The translations under genes and the position numbers were made by a program. This document shows, piece by piece, positions 63,780 through 64,000 of a stretch of 64,000 bases of DNA. The DNA is from Kiritimatiellia bacterium (GTDB lineage Bacteria; Verrucomicrobiota; Kiritimatiellia; RFP12; UBA1067). Where the stretch lies: assembly GCA_050949565.1 (NCBI GenBank), contig JBMNFY010000017.1:1431299-1495298 (forward strand), written 5' to 3'. The notes under the pieces are model-generated. The model ran no database searches. It saw only the letters and a list, made by a program, of their open reading frames with translations, and was not told where the DNA came from. How positions within the stretch are numbered: position 1 is the stretch's first letter; each line of letters begins with the position of its first letter.

Positions 63780-64000
63780 TTGGTCGTCAACACAGACGCG
63801 ATAAGACTGGCGCTTTCTGCGCAGACAAAGGACGGCAAGAAGGCTCAACTTGGGCAGTTCTTGACGCCCTCGTCTGTTGCGTGCTTCATGGCGTCTCTTT
63901 TCTGCGCAGGCTCATTTTCAAAGTGCCGCCTTCTGGATCCGGGCGCAGGCATCGGTACGCTTTCTGCGGCCTTTCTTGACCGATGCATTGCGGGAAAGCT
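63780..64000 (+). CDS. N6-adenine DNA methyltransferase (gamma-class, TaqI/Eco57I-like), 5' end only; continues beyond the window
   Basis: TTG start 8 nt after a GGGAGG ribosome-binding site. 'GQFLTPSSVACFMASLF...LLDPGAGIGTLSAAF' carries motif X (GxFxTP) and motif I. Confidence 0.65.
   Translation, partial: MVVNTDAIRLALSAQTKDGKKAQLGQFLTPSSVACFMASLFCAGSFSKCRLLDPGAGIGTLSAAFLDRCIAGK

Overview
This 64 kb window is about 62% GC. Most genes lie on the minus strand and the segment looks chromosomal. A Verrucomicrobiota- or Kiritimatiellota-like origin is an inference from the gene content: glycan-degrading enzymes, giant proteins with autotransporter-type beta-strand repeats, and an Akkermansia-type type IV pilus cluster. 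Core genes: a partial tandem-receiver response regulator (5' end), nrdR, a small PII-like-fold protein, a DAGK-family lipid kinase, purB-plsX-rpmF-yceD, coaD-rsmD, an MFS transporter, clpX-clpP-tig, rho-coaE and hom-aspartate kinase-cimA. Glycan genes: a sialate-O-acetylesterase-like protein, a secreted hypothetical protein, a GH92 alpha-mannosidase, a GH127-like protein, uxaC, a secreted MBL-SGL fused lactonase and two Gfo/Idh/MocA oxidoreductases, one GH109-like with a Tat signal. The pilus cluster is secreted protein - PilM/PilN fusion - PilO-like - TSP3/zinc-ribbon protein - secretin, and the secretin is split by a frameshift. There are two giant surface proteins: a 2650-aa PA14/lamin-tail/CotH-kinase protein and a 2371-aa beta-strand-repeat/LamG protein. 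At the 3' end sit two gene remnants and the start of an N6-adenine DNA methyltransferase. The most unusual content is non-coding. nrdR is bracketed by two ~1 kb tandem arrays (115 bp x ~10 and 106 bp x ~9). There are several families of MITE/REP-like dispersed repeats. A 149-bp AT-rich element occurs twice, 100% identical, flanked by 9-bp direct repeats that supply gene stop codons. A heptanucleotide repeat lies in a promoter region. No CRISPR, rRNA or tRNA gene was recognised.
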